DNA of 26,411 nucleotides from a bacterium (GCA_049472355.1 JBLIRP010000054.1:1-26411), one strand, 5' to 3'. Shown: positions 9,420 through 19,781, counted from the stretch's first letter. Program-made: numbers and translations. Notes: generated from the letters alone by a model not told the origin.

Positions 9420-12400
9420 CTAATAATCCCATTTCCAGTTGATGCCGATCCCTCCCTGGGAATCCGAGCCCGTTTCGCTCTCCACGGTGATGCTCGGGGT
9501 AAGCTCCACCTCGACCGAAAAGGTGCTGCTCTCCGTTCCGATCCCCTCCACCATCTCCACATACACCCCTTCAGAGAGGTACTTGCCGATGCTGACCGAG
9601 GTAATCCCCTCCTCTGACTGCTCGATGACCAACTGGTCCACCCCGATGAACCGGCGGGTGCGCCCCATAAGGTCAAGGACCCCACCCCGGCCGGAGAGCG
9701 CCCCTGCAGCCTGGGCGAGCCTGAGTGCCTGCAGCGGGGTCATCTCGGCAACGCTTCTGCCGAAAAGCACACGGGCCAGGACTTCATCGGAGGGGAGCAC
9801 CGGTTCCGATTCGAGGCTCAGGCTGAGGGTGCTGGGGGAACCGGAAATCCTCAGACGGGCCTCCAGGTCACTGCGTTGGTACTCGGCTATGACATCGAGC
9901 CTCGGATCCGGGGGGACGCTGCCGTCGAAATGGATGCCCCCCCTGGCGAGGCTGAATCGTGTGCCGAACAGATCGAAATTCCCCCGCATGCTGGAAAGGT
10001 CTCCCGTAATAACGGGACTGCCGGTGGTGCCCCCCACGTGCAGCCTTCCCCTCCATTCGGAATCGAGCCCCCGGCCCCGGACAAACACACGCCCGGGAAT
10101 ATCAACGGCGAGATCGAGACCAAGGCCATTCACCTGAGTGGCCGGCGGTGGCGATGCAAGCCGATCTTCCTGCCCCGGACGGTTGATTTCCATCACCTCA
10201 AGGTCCGTTACCTCCGGCGGCAGGCGGTCCGGAATGCGCAGCTCAGCCGGGCCCACCCTGATACTTCCCGCAAGGCGCATATCCTCGGGAGAGCCGGAAA
10301 GGATCAATTTCCCGTTGGTTATGGCCTGCATGTCGGCGCGTGAAAGCATGGCAAGGTCGTTGAGCGTCATTTCCACCCAGAGGTCCAGTTCCTTCGCCGA
10401 GGTCATAAGGAGACGTCCCCGGCCGGAAAGGGTGCCCTTTTCCCCGTCCGTTGCCCGCGCCTCCTGCAGTGTCAGCTTCCGGCCGTCCCCGGTTACAACC
10501 AGGGTGATATCCTTGAGCAGGGTCCCAGTGGAGAGGTTTTCGTACATCCCCCCGGACATTTCAGCCCGACCCGCCACCTGTGGGGCATCCACCGTGCCGT
10601 CCAGGGTGAGTGCGATATCCACCGTGCCTTCCACGTTCTGCCCTTCCAGATGGAGAAGGGCAACGAGCGGGGCAAGGTCGGCCTCTGCGGCAAGGTGACC
10701 GTGGATTTCCCCCCGGGGCGGCAGATGAAAGGCAAAGGGTGAGAGGGAGAGGGTCATCGGCGCACGGAGGTCCGCCCTGATCGGCTTGTCAAAAGGCCCT
10801 GCAACTGACCCGTTTGCGTGGAAGATCCCGTCATCCAAAGCCCCCTGCACAGTCATGCTCACCGGATTCTTTCTCGACTCCGCCACCCGATGCATACTTG
10901 CCTTGTCGATAGTAAGACCCACGGAAGCCCTTGGATTCTCCGGGCTTCCCGTGATATGGAGATGCCCTTCAGCGGTGCCGGACAGGTCCGGGTATCCGAC
11001 CAACCCAAGCATCTCCAGGGATATCCCGCCAAGGCGGACGTCAATGGAAAGGGACCCGGGGGCATAGATGCCTGTGCCCTGAACGGTCCCCCCGGCCACA
11101 TGGAGGGTAACCCCCTCCACCGCAAGGCGGTCAGGGCTCCGGCTGAAGCGGAGCGGCCGTCCGAGGCGAAAGGGGATACCGGCATACGATCCCTCAGCCA
11201 GCGCAACCCGCACCCGGACCTCCCCCGGACTGCGGGTAACTTTTCCTTCAGTGGAAACGACAAAGACCTCCCCATACGTTCCCCGCGCATTGCCTGAGAA
11301 CGCGGCATGGGCAGCGTCGCCCTCAAGCCGGGCCGAGATCTCCGAAACAATGAGTCCTCCCCGCTGCACCCCCTGGGCATCGATGCGTAGGGATCCCTGG
11401 GGGGAGCCAAAGGTATCCGTGACGAGGGCATACGCCTGCACCCAGCTCGCCATGCCTAAGGGTGTACTGATGGATTTTCCCGTGCAGTCAAGCTTCACTG
11501 TTTGACCGGTTTCCTCCTGGATGAACCGGGCGATCAATTCCCCGCTTCCTTCAATATCCACCTTGAGAAAGGGACTGATCGAAGAGAGATCCCGGAAGTT
11601 CGCTGTCAATGTCCCTTCCATCCCACGTCCTTTAAAATCGATGGAGATCTCCCCGCCAGCATCCATCCCCGGCGCGGTAAGGGTGAGCGCAGCAAGAATA
11701 AGACGGTGGGCATCCAGGGAAAAATCCGCGTCCAGGCTGAAATCCCCCGCGCCGGGGTGAAGGTCGAGCCGGACATGGCCCTGCGGCCCGGAGGCCAACC
11801 TTTGGGCCCGGACCTGCGCACCCCAATCATCCACCCGAATACCTTCCATGGAGAAATCCCGCACCCGCGCCCTGGCCTCCACCCCCGGCTCCGTGAGGGG
11901 GCCCGAGAGTACGATATCGAGAACGGCGTTCCCGGCAAGCGGGCGCCCAAGGCTCGGTGAAAAGGCTTCAAGATGGGGAATATGAAGCGTGCATGCTGCC
12001 TGAAGGTTGCCGTCCGCAAGGTCGAGGGATGCATCGCCGGTCAATTCCGCTCCATCCGTGCGGATGTCCAGATCGGAAACGAAGAGCCACCTTCCCTGAT
12101 CGAGCCTCACCTTTCCTTTGTATTGCCACACCTCACCTGTAATGTCATAGAGGACCGTGGGCAATGGGGCGAGGCCGCGGATCGTACCATCCATGGTTGC
12201 CACCAGGTAACGATCCGGCAGGCTCCCCTCCAGGCCGGCGCGCAGCGTGATCCCCCCTGAAAGTACCCTTCCCGACAATGCCGATAACCGTCTCATGTCC
12301 CCGACTTCGGCCTCCGCATTCCCCGTGATGCGCAATCCTTCAGGATCCACCGTGCCGGAGTATGCGAGGGAAATACCGGCAGCGGAGAGGCCGAGCCGCT

Positions 12401-13766
12401 GAATGGTTATCGCCTCTCCACGGGGGATTGTTGCGATGAGGTTCCATTGCAGCAGGTCAAACGGCATGCTGTCCACGCCGGGATGCCTGAAATCCTCCAC
12501 CATGCCATCACCTGTGATGCGTATCCCCGGAAATTCCGGGCGCAGGGGACCGAGGAGGTCGATGCGAAACGTGCCCGCCGCCTTCGAGGCGCCCATGCCT
12601 GAGAATCCCGCCTCAAAAAGCTGCAGGGAGAAGTCCGCCCCGGGTTCATTTAGAGGGCCGGATATGGACCCCTGAACGGAGAGTCGACCGTCGATATGAC
12701 GGCCGGCAAGGGTATTCAAGCGGGTGAGATCATGGAGCACCCCGTTGAACCGGACATCGAGCATTGATGAGTGCGAATCAAGACTTCCGCTCAGGTCCAC
12801 TGCTGCGTCCCTGGTCTTCAGGTGCGCCCGATGCAGCGTAACCACACCCCTCTTTCCATACCCGGCGTCTATGGAAAAATCGAGGGTCTCGCCCATGACT
12901 GTTCGCACAAAGGACCTGATGCTGCCTTCACCGGTCAGCCGCGCCTCCTCCCCTGCCCTCAATCCGATGTCCGCCTCGACCCTCCCCAGTTCTTCAGCCT
13001 TTGCCGTGAGACGGCCGGTCCAGGAATCGACAGGGCCCTCGCCTTGAAGCTCCACCGTTATCGGCCCCTTCCGGCCGAGGCCGAGGATACCGGCAAGCAT
13101 CCCTCCCTGATCCTCCATGATGTGCGCGCCGAGGGAAAGCATGCGAGGGGTTCCCGCAAGACGCGAGACAAGGGTGATCTCCGTCCGGGGATCGTCAAGC
13201 AGCTCGATGCGCAGGGAGCTATCTACCGCCCTGTCCTGATCCGAAACCTCCATGCCTCCTTCAAGCCTGAAGACAACCTTGCGGCCCACAACGGGCTCCC
13301 CCAGCTCACACCTGCCGAGGGCTACCTTTTCCGCAATGAATGGCGGCACCCGGGGGGGCCAGGGGACCGTCCGCTCTTCCTTCTGTTTTTTTTGTTCCGG
13401 GCGTTCAGGGATTCGATCCAGCCTCAGCAAAGCAGCGCTGCATTCGTTCACGCGGATGTGTCCCCGCAGGAGCGCGGCAAAGGACCAGCGAAGTGCAATG
13501 GCCTCCGCCCTCAGCCATTCCCCCTCACTATCCCGGATGGTGAGGTGTTTCAGGCGAATATCGAAGGGTATCAGGCCCTCGATCTCCCCGATGTCCCACC
13601 GCAGGCCGGTGCCTGCGCTCAGCATCGAGGAAACCAGGGAGGCCAGTTTCCTCCGTCCGAAACCGGTCTGGAGAAGACCGAAGAGGATGACGGCGAGGAG
13701 CGCGAATATGGCTGCAGCAGCGGCAATCCCTGCAATCCACCTTGTGATTCTCTTGTGCCGTGTCAT
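9420..13766 (-). CDS. tamB: Translocation and assembly module subunit TamB
   Basis: About 1450 aa with an N-terminal TM anchor and AsmA-like beta-taco repeats. The DUF490 C-terminus has VFVRGRGLDSEW.G.L, LPSDEVLARVLFG, IGKYLSEGVYV and WKWDY. ATG 13766 is chosen; TTG 13787 is the alternative. Confidence 0.92.
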   Translation of the reverse strand: MTRHKRITRWIAGIAAAAAIFALLAVILFGLLQTGFGRRKLASLVSSMLSAGTGLRWDIGEIEGLIPFDIRLKHLTIRDSEGEWLRAEAIALRWSFAALLRGHIRVNECSAALLRLDRIPERPEQKKQKEERTVPWPPRVPPFIAEKVALGRCELGEPVVGRKVVFRLEGGMEVSDQDRAVDSSLRIELLDDPRTEITLVSRLAGTPRMLSLGAHIMEDQGGMLAGILGLGRKGPITVELQGEGPVDSWTGRLTAKAEELGRVEADIGLRAGEEARLTGEGSIRSFVRTVMGETLDFSIDAGYGKRGVVTLHRAHLKTRDAAVDLSGSLDSHSSMLDVRFNGVLHDLTRLNTLAGRHIDGRLSVQGSISGPLNEPGADFSLQLFEAGFSGMGASKAAGTFRIDLLGPLRPEFPGIRITGDGMVEDFRHPGVDSMPFDLLQWNLIATIPRGEAITIQRLGLSAAGISLAYSGTVDPEGLRITGNAEAEVGDMRRLSALSGRVLSGGITLRAGLEGSLPDRYLVATMDGTIRGLAPLPTVLYDITGEVWQYKGKVRLDQGRWLFVSDLDIRTDGAELTGDASLDLADGNLQAACTLHIPHLEAFSPSLGRPLAGNAVLDIVLSGPLTEPGVEARARVRDFSMEGIRVDDWGAQVRAQRLASGPQGHVRLDLHPGAGDFSLDADFSLDAHRLILAALTLTAPGMDAGGEISIDFKGRGMEGTLTANFRDLSSISPFLKVDIEGSGELIARFIQEETGQTVKLDCTGKSISTPLGMASWVQAYALVTDTFGSPQGSLRIDAQGVQRGGLIVSEISARLEGDAAHAAFSGNARGTYGEVFVVSTEGKVTRSPGEVRVRVALAEGSYAGIPFRLGRPLRFSRSPDRLAVEGVTLHVAGGTVQGTGIYAPGSLSIDVRLGGISLEMLGLVGYPDLSGTAEGHLHITGSPENPRASVGLTIDKASMHRVAESRKNPVSMTVQGALDDGIFHANGSVAGPFDKPIRADLRAPMTLSLSPFAFHLPPRGEIHGHLAAEADLAPLVALLHLEGQNVEGTVDIALTLDGTVDAPQVAGRAEMSGGMYENLSTGTLLKDITLVVTGDGRKLTLQEARATDGEKGTLSGRGRLLMTSAKELDLWVEMTLNDLAMLSRADMQAITNGKLILSGSPEDMRLAGSIRVGPAELRIPDRLPPEVTDLEVMEINRPGQEDRLASPPPATQVNGLGLDLAVDIPGRVFVRGRGLDSEWRGRLHVGGTTGSPVITGDLSSMRGNFDLFGTRFSLARGGIHFDGSVPPDPRLDVIAEYQRSDLEARLRISGSPSTLSLSLESEPVLPSDEVLARVLFGRSVAEMTPLQALRLAQAAGALSGRGGVLDLMGRTRRFIGVDQLVIEQSEEGITSVSIGKYLSEGVYVEMVEGIGTESSTFSVEVELTPSITVESETGSDSQGGIGINWKWDY

Positions 13767-13770
13767 GGCA

Positions 13771-15600
13771 TCAAAACGCCTGTCCAAGGCTGATATACAT
13801 GTGGAACCGTCGATCGACCCCTTCCCGCCGGTTCAGCGGAACACCCACATCAAGGCGCAGGGGACCGACCGGGGTATAGTAGCGCACCCCCACCCCGGTT
13901 CCCCACCGCAGGTCCTCTTCGAAATGTGGAATGGTTGCGCTGAAGGCGCTCCCCCCGTCGAGAAAGGTCACCAAACCCACGGTGTCCGTCACCTTCACGC
14001 GGATCTCCGCGGAGATCTCGATGAGCGACCTTCCGCCTATGGGTTCGCCGTAAGCAAGGGGCCCTACCGACTGGAAGGTATACCCCCGTATGGACCCCCC
14101 GCCTCCCGCATAGAACCGGATATCGGCAGGGATGGCCTCTCGTCCGGCCCCGTCGATGGCGCCGAATGCCATCCGGCCGGCAAAAACCGTCATGGGGTGC
14201 CTGGCAATGGCGGCATACCGGCTGTACCTGAGATCCCCCTTCACAAAACCCAGATCCGCGCCATAGACATCGTAATAGGGCGCCACCTGAAAGGTCAGGC
14301 GACCTCCCCTGGCCGGATCGAGGATGTCATCACTGGTGTCCCAGTCAAGATACACAGGGAGGTACACCAGGTTGAAGCCCTCCTTCCGGTCGAATTGGAT
14401 GACCTGCGAGGTCCTGACGGCTGCACCTCCCCCCACCTTCAATCCCCGGGAAAATTTTCGCTCCACCAGTGCCTCGCCCCTCACAGTGCGGCTGGTATAC
14501 GCATCGGGGTATTCCTCGGCAATTCCCCCTTTCAGGATGAGGGTCCAATCGGGGTGGAAGAATGCCGGTTTTCGAAATGTCCCCTCCCCCGAATGATCGA
14601 TCTCGGTTACCTTCGCCCCCAGGCTCAAACGCTCCCCGCGCCCGAAGAGATTCCGGTGCTCCCAGGACAGTCCCGCCCCAGCCCCTTCATCCGTGGTATA
14701 TCTCAGCCCTGCCTTGATAGTGCGATGTTTCCGTTCCTTCACGGTGACCGCCACCGGCAGCCGCCCCTCCTCGGTGAGCGTCTCCCCTGCCCTCACGTTC
14801 ACCACTGCAAACAGGCCGGTTTCGACGAGCCGGTTCTGCAGCCTGGTCACAAGGACTTCATTGTAGCGGTCACCCTCCCGCCATGGAACCCTCCCCCGCA
14901 CAAAGGTCTCATCGACCGAATACAGTCCCTCGATCCGTGTCGGGCCGAACCACGCCACCGGCCCGGGATCAACCAGGAAACGCACCGAGACACTCTGTGT
15001 TGCATGGTCCGCCACCACCTCCCGCCGGAAAACGGCGGCAAAGGGATATCCCTGGCCCTTGAGGCGGCGGACGAGGGATTTCTGGGCATCCAGGATGGCC
15101 TTGCTCTGCGCCCTTTCCCCCAAGACCAGGCCGATCTCGCGGGGCCCGGGAAGTGTTCGATCGAAGGGCGCGCCTTCGTCGCTTAGCCGAATGTCCACCG
15201 ATTCGAGGAGAAAGGGAGGGCCGGGGGTGATGCGAAAGATGACCGCTGCCGGTTCGGCGCCGGCATCCACCTCCACGGACACGCCGCCGCCGAAGTAGCC
15301 CTGGGATTTGAGCGCCTTCACAAGGCCGGGGATGTCTCGCTCCGCCCTCTTTCTCAGGAGATTCAGCGAAGCGGCAGGGACCTCCCGCCGGGCAACAGTA
15401 GAGGAAATCCCCTCCAGGAGACTGCGCAGGCCCCTGTCGCGCACCCCCTCTATTTTTACCTGGTAGGCAATGCCCGGCTCCGCATAAACGATTTGCAAGG
15501 GAAAAAGGCTCGGCGCCACAAGCATGATGCACATAGACAGGATATACAGAGGGATGATGCGGGACGGGAAGCGGGATTGTCCGAAGATCACCTCTCCCAT
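13771..15600 (-). CDS. tamA: Translocation and assembly module outer-membrane subunit TamA (Omp85 family)
   Basis: 609 aa with POTRA domains (ALKSQGYF, L..QGYPFA), RFYAGGGGSIRGY, GVRYYTPVGPLRLDVGVPL and C-terminal YISLGQAF. It lies directly upstream of tamB. Confidence 0.93.
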   Translation of the reverse strand: MGEVIFGQSRFPSRIIPLYILSMCIMLVAPSLFPLQIVYAEPGIAYQVKIEGVRDRGLRSLLEGISSTVARREVPAASLNLLRKRAERDIPGLVKALKSQGYFGGGVSVEVDAGAEPAAVIFRITPGPPFLLESVDIRLSDEGAPFDRTLPGPREIGLVLGERAQSKAILDAQKSLVRRLKGQGYPFAAVFRREVVADHATQSVSVRFLVDPGPVAWFGPTRIEGLYSVDETFVRGRVPWREGDRYNEVLVTRLQNRLVETGLFAVVNVRAGETLTEEGRLPVAVTVKERKHRTIKAGLRYTTDEGAGAGLSWEHRNLFGRGERLSLGAKVTEIDHSGEGTFRKPAFFHPDWTLILKGGIAEEYPDAYTSRTVRGEALVERKFSRGLKVGGGAAVRTSQVIQFDRKEGFNLVYLPVYLDWDTSDDILDPARGGRLTFQVAPYYDVYGADLGFVKGDLRYSRYAAIARHPMTVFAGRMAFGAIDGAGREAIPADIRFYAGGGGSIRGYTFQSVGPLAYGEPIGGRSLIEISAEIRVKVTDTVGLVTFLDGGSAFSATIPHFEEDLRWGTGVGVRYYTPVGPLRLDVGVPLNRREGVDRRFHMYISLGQAF

Positions 15601-15628
15601 TTTGGACTACCCTCCCCAGAAAACAACA

Positions 15629-15730
15629 TTACGGGGACATGTCCTCCGGATAACCGGCATTGAATGAAAACGACGCCACCTTGTCGTTCGTGTCGAAACG
15701 GAGCACGAGGTCGCGGGTCCTTGACGCTCC
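15629..15730 (-). pseudogene. Possible 3' remnant of a BamE/SmpA-like lipoprotein gene
   Basis: Reads GASRTRDLVLRFDTNDKVASFSFNAGYPEDMSP*, resembling the terminal 'L.V.FD....V..Y.F' hairpin of SmpA/OmlA domains. There is no lipobox or N-terminus, and the upstream part of the ORF overlaps gpmA. Confidence 0.4.
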
Positions 15731-15806
15731 CTGCGGTAGCCAATAGGGGCGGAGAATGCCGTGTTCAGTGGAGGAAAACAATCCCCGGAAAACATTCCGG
15801 GCAACC

Positions 15807-16556
15807 CTATTTTGCCGCCTTTCCCTGGTTTGCGACGAGCTGAGCCGCCAGCCTGACCTGCTCCTCATCGGCAAGGTAGTAATGTCGTGCGGGGCTCAGG
15901 TCATCATTCAATTCGTACACCAGGGGTATCCCGGTGGGGATGTTCAGGCCAACGATCTCCTCGTCGGATACATCGTCGAGGTATTTGACAAGGGCGCGCA
16001 GGCTGTTCCCATGGGCGGCGATGAGGACCCTCTTCCCCGATTGCAGGGAGGGAGCGATCACCTCGTGCCAGTAGGGCAGAAACCGTCTCACCGTGTCCTT
16101 CAGGCTCTCCGATCTGGGCAGGTCCTTTGTATCCACGCCCCCATAGCGGGGATCACGTCCGGGAAACCGCTCATCCGTCTCTTCAAGGGCCGGGGGTGGA
16201 ACATCATAGCTCCTGCGCCATACCTGCACCTGACGCTCTCCGTATTGTTCCGCCATCTCCGCCTTGTTGAGCCCCTGGAGCGCGCCGTAGTGCCGCTCGT
16301 TCAATCTCCAGGACCGATGGACGGGGATCCACATGAGGTCCATCTCGTCCATGACGATCCACAACGTTCGAATGGCCCGCTTCAGCACCGAGGTGTAGGC
16401 AACGTCAAAGATGAACCCTTTCTCCCTGAGGGAGGATCCAGCCTGGTGCGCCTCCGCCACCCCCTTTTCCGAGAGATCCACATCGGTCCATCCGGTGAAA
16501 CGATTCTCCTTGTTCCACGTACTTTCACCATGTCTCAAGAGCACACACTGTTTCAT
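15807..16556 (-). CDS. gpmA: 2,3-bisphosphoglycerate-dependent phosphoglycerate mutase
   Basis: 249 aa with [50 protein letters not shown] and [13 protein letters not shown]. Confidence 0.97.
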   Translation of the reverse strand: MKQCVLLRHGESTWNKENRFTGWTDVDLSEKGVAEAHQAGSSLREKGFIFDVAYTSVLKRAIRTLWIVMDEMDLMWIPVHRSWRLNERHYGALQGLNKAEMAEQYGERQVQVWRRSYDVPPPALEETDERFPGRDPRYGGVDTKDLPRSESLKDTVRRFLPYWHEVIAPSLQSGKRVLIAAHGNSLRALVKYLDDVSDEEIVGLNIPTGIPLVYELNDDLSPARHYYLADEEQVRLAAQLVANQGKAAK

Positions 16557-16731
16557 GATCCCTTCCCGCTCCTTTTATAAACGTGTCCGAGCCTCCGCTC
16601 AAAACAAAGTGGATATCCTCTCACCATCTCCCCGCAGGGGGCACTCACGAGAGGTATCGATAGATGAACGATATCGTCCGTATGCACCCGAATAGACCCC
16701 GGCCTTTATTGCCCTTTGGCTCACCGATCCT

Positions 16732-16761
16732 TTGACAAACAAGACGGGCATCTGCTATAGT
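16732..16761 (+). promoter_or_regulatory. Putative sigma70 promoter of the flippase-like gene
   Basis: TTGACA (16732-16737)-N18-TATAGT (16756-16761), with an extended -10 TG. Confidence 0.55.
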
Positions 16762-16853
16762 TTGTTGTTACTATATCAGCCTTTCATTGTATATTCCATC
16801 CTGGTCAGGTGCAGGAATGTCAATAGTTACATCAGACGGATAGGCACATCTGC

Positions 16854-17906
16854 ATGCGTAAAGGGTTATCGCTCAGATTTTTCCTATTTGCCTCGCTCCT
16901 CATCAGTGTGAGCATCATCGGCGCCGTGCTCTTTTTCACCGTAGGGCAGAAGACATGGGAAGCCCTTAAAGAGATTCAGTTCCGGTACATCTTCCTTTCA
17001 TTCATCCTGGGTCTCCTGGCCAACTGCTTCGACACCATGAGGATACAGACCCTCTCCCAGGCATTCGGCTTCCACCTGCCCTTCTGGGGGGGATTGAAGG
17101 CGATACTCGCTTACAATTTCATGGCCAACATCACGCCCTCGGCAATGGGAGGAGAACCTGTCCTCATTTACCTGCTCATCGAGAAAACGGGCATGGACAC
17201 CCACAAGGCAACCGCGGTCGCGATCGTGCGCGGGATATTCCTCATCCTCATCATTGCCATTGCAGGGCCCGTCGTTCTCCTCTTCCACCGCGAATATCTC
17301 AAGACATCCCTGATGAAATCCCTCTTCGATTACATGGCCATTCTCTTCCTGGTGATTGTCGGGGTGATCATCTATGGCTTCCTGAACCTGGACAAACTCC
17401 ACGCCATGCTCGAAAAGGTGATTGGTTTTCTTTTCAGATACCGGATATTCCAAAGGCACCCCAGCCCTGCGGTGTGGATACGGCATATATACTGGTGGAT
17501 GGAGGAATTTATCTCATCCTTCAAATATCTGTTTCAACAAAAAAAAGCGAGCATTGTGTGCACGGGTGGATTCACGGTCCTCTCCATGCTTGCGAATTAC
17601 TCGGTTGCGTATGTCCTTCTCAAGGGGCTCTCCTATGATATCCATTTCCTCAAGGTCCTGGCCATTCAGATAGTCCTCTATTTCCTTCTCTATTTGACCC
17701 CGACCCCGGGCGGCAGCGGGTTTGCGGAGGGGGGATTCTACGTGCTCTTTTATCCCTTCGTGCCCAATCACCTCCTGGGTATCCTTTTGATCCTCTGGAG
17801 GTTCTTCATCGCCTATCTGTGGGTGCTCGCCGGATGGGTGGTGATCATGAGAGGGCTCGGCATCAAGGGGCTCGAGGAGATTAAAGAAAAGATCACCCTG
17901 GCCTGA
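16854..17906 (+). CDS. Lysylphosphatidylglycerol-synthase TM-domain / UPF0104 flippase-like membrane protein
   Basis: 350 aa, multi-TM, with NITPSAMGGEP, PTPGGSGFAEGGF and LWRFF..Y motifs. Confidence 0.9.
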   Translation: MRKGLSLRFFLFASLLISVSIIGAVLFFTVGQKTWEALKEIQFRYIFLSFILGLLANCFDTMRIQTLSQAFGFHLPFWGGLKAILAYNFMANITPSAMGGEPVLIYLLIEKTGMDTHKATAVAIVRGIFLILIIAIAGPVVLLFHREYLKTSLMKSLFDYMAILFLVIVGVIIYGFLNLDKLHAMLEKVIGFLFRYRIFQRHPSPAVWIRHIYWWMEEFISSFKYLFQQKKASIVCTGGFTVLSMLANYSVAYVLLKGLSYDIHFLKVLAIQIVLYFLLYLTPTPGGSGFAEGGFYVLFYPFVPNHLLGILLILWRFFIAYLWVLAGWVVIMRGLGIKGLEEIKEKITLA

Positions 17907-17962
17907 GAGGGGCACGTCATTGGTATTCCATGAATGAGTATTCTATTCGATATATATATATA

Positions 17963-17993
17963 CAAGCGGACACGTGCGCATCGTGCCCGCTTG
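17963..17993 (+). terminator. Stem-loop downstream of the flippase-like gene
   Basis: caagcggacacg / cgtgcccgcttg form a 12-bp stem with 1 mismatch and a 7-nt loop. There is no strong U-tract. Confidence 0.35.
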
Positions 17994-18372
17994 CATCCGA
18001 ATATATTCTATTCTATTAATCGCCTTCCTCACCTGAGGAGACTTTCGCGTAAAAGCGCCATCCGCTGCATTCTCATATACCATGCAGGCATCGCTTCTCC
18101 CGTGCAATCACTATGGCAATGCATGTGTATTTCCTGTATCCCTGAAGGCACATGACCTGGAGAGAACATGATCGGAAAAAGAATATCCGGAAACAATATG
18201 TGAGTCGAACGAGCTCGGTCATTATATCAAAGGTCCCAAGATGTTTTCACTTTTGAGGCATACCGAACCAGCCACGTACCTTAAACATAGAGCTATTTTT
18301 GAATAGCCCCGGAAACGAGAACCCATAAATTCAGATTTTCATAGCTTCCCTTATAGAGCAATCTTGCTGGAT

Positions 18373-18418
18373 GAAAGCCCCTGCATTTTTCCATATCATC
18401 CTTCATGCAGGGGCTTTC
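18373..18418. terminator. Perfect 14-bp inverted repeat, probable terminator between convergent genes
   Basis: gaaagcccctgcat (18373-18386) and atgcaggggctttc (18405-18418) with an 18-nt loop, ~100 nt past the stop of the minus-strand gene. Confidence 0.55.
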
Positions 18419-18515
18419 GATCGATCCGCCGGTTTTTGCCTATGCAGCGATGCCATCATCTCCTTTCTCAGGCAATATTGTTATAGCGCACATGGGATCG
18501 GCTTGTCATAGCCCT

Positions 18516-19373
18516 CTAAAAAAGGCGCTGGGGGATAAATCCGGTTGAATGGGCATTTCGCACGTAGTCCGGCTCCCTTAGTATGGTTTCATATCCGGAG
18601 ATTGCTGTCGCTGGATTGATCAGGGAGGTGTTCGCCGCCATCATATAATTGAGGAAATTACCTGAAATGGCATTAAAATATCCCGGAGATAACTGGCTCC
18701 CGAGGGACAGAGGGGAAAACAATCCACTATTTGAATATACCGGGCTGCCGCGAAACACGCCGGGATAGTTAAAGGGACTTGCTAACGGATTGGCATAGCC
18801 GCCATAACCACTATAGAGACCGCCGTAAAGACCCCCCAATAGTCCATATCCGAAAAACAGGCTTGCGGGGTCGAACAAATTACCGATGTATTCGCTAACA
18901 TACTTATACGGATCAGATACACCGGGCAAGTAATAACGACCGTCAACGGGAATCGGCGGCCACGCGCCAGATTCATTACCTGCCCCCGGCACTATTGTAG
19001 CCTCCGGATAAAAGACCAGGAAATAGTTGGTGCTTCCATCCCTCATAACCAGGACAGACTGATAATCACCAAGACATGATTCCACGAATTCTGCAATGGA
19101 ATCGATGTCAACAATTTCAAACGGGTACAGGGGCACCAAGCCCTTTTCAACAATGATCCGATAGAAACCGCTGCGGCTTGATTTTGTGATCGTAGCGCAT
19201 TCATTGGCCTTCAGGTCCTTAATTTTTATCGCTACGTCGCGGCAAGTTTCCATCTGTCCATATGCCAGTCCAACCAGCAAAATAATTAAGACACCCAATA
19301 TGATACATACATATATGGAGCATTTTTTTGAAACTGAGTCAAGACTGATTCTGAAAATATTTCTCTTGAACAT
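18516..19373 (-). CDS. Hypothetical secreted protein: small globular domain plus Gly/Tyr/Ser/Pro-rich low-complexity tail
   Basis: AGGAGG precedes ATG 19373. A hydrophobic segment ends AYG-Q. The tail contains FFGYGLLGGLYGGLYSGYGGYANP. Confidence 0.75.
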   Translation of the reverse strand: MFKRNIFRISLDSVSKKCSIYVCIILGVLIILLVGLAYGQMETCRDVAIKIKDLKANECATITKSSRSGFYRIIVEKGLVPLYPFEIVDIDSIAEFVESCLGDYQSVLVMRDGSTNYFLVFYPEATIVPGAGNESGAWPPIPVDGRYYLPGVSDPYKYVSEYIGNLFDPASLFFGYGLLGGLYGGLYSGYGGYANPLASPFNYPGVFRGSPVYSNSGLFSPLSLGSQLSPGYFNAISGNFLNYMMAANTSLINPATAISGYETILREPDYVRNAHSTGFIPQRLF

Positions 19374-19748
19374 GATACTTATCCTCCTGATATTTAACAA
19401 AAATTTACTGCAATCAATTGCTTAATTACCATGACGTTAAAGAATCCATACTAAAATGGTATAGTATTTAATAGTATACATCAATCGATATAAACATAGT
19501 TTGACTACTCAATGTCACCAATAAATCTCTGGGAATGGATCACTATCCATCACCTCCTTGCTTATCAGAATATCCTTGGCCAAGGGAAAATTGATCGATT
19601 ATACTGCTTGGTTTGTTCTCCGTCTCTCTACCCTTTTGTTGACTTATAAAAAAAATTTTGCATACAATGATACGAAATATGATTACTTCCTCGATGATAG
19701 CGCTCCTGATCTCTATCTTCGTTAATAATGAAATTACTTTTGAAAAAT

Positions 19749-19781
19749 TGTGCAAAAAGGTTCTCGCTCATTCGACTATAT
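19749..19781 (+). promoter_or_regulatory. Bipartite motif copy 1, putative alternative-sigma promoter
   Basis: TGTGCAAAAA-N13-TCGACTATAT, with the same architecture as 21847-21879. Confidence 0.55.

Noticed and set aside
12771..15186. Long plus-strand ORFs (340 aa and 644 aa)
   Set aside because: They are antisense shadows of GC-rich tamB/tamA, with no recognisable motifs and Pro/Arg/Gly-biased composition.
17950..17962. (AT)n microsatellite as a phase-variation site
   Set aside because: It is short and lies downstream of a gene in a convergent intergenic region, not in a promoter or CDS.
17934..18155. 73-aa ORF in the convergent intergenic region
   Set aside because: It has no RBS or motif and runs through the AT repeat and hairpin.
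19639..19668. TTGACT-N18-TACAAT sigma70-like promoter
   Set aside because: Plausible, but it sits in very AT-rich DNA more than 400 nt from the next start codon, so it cannot be supported.
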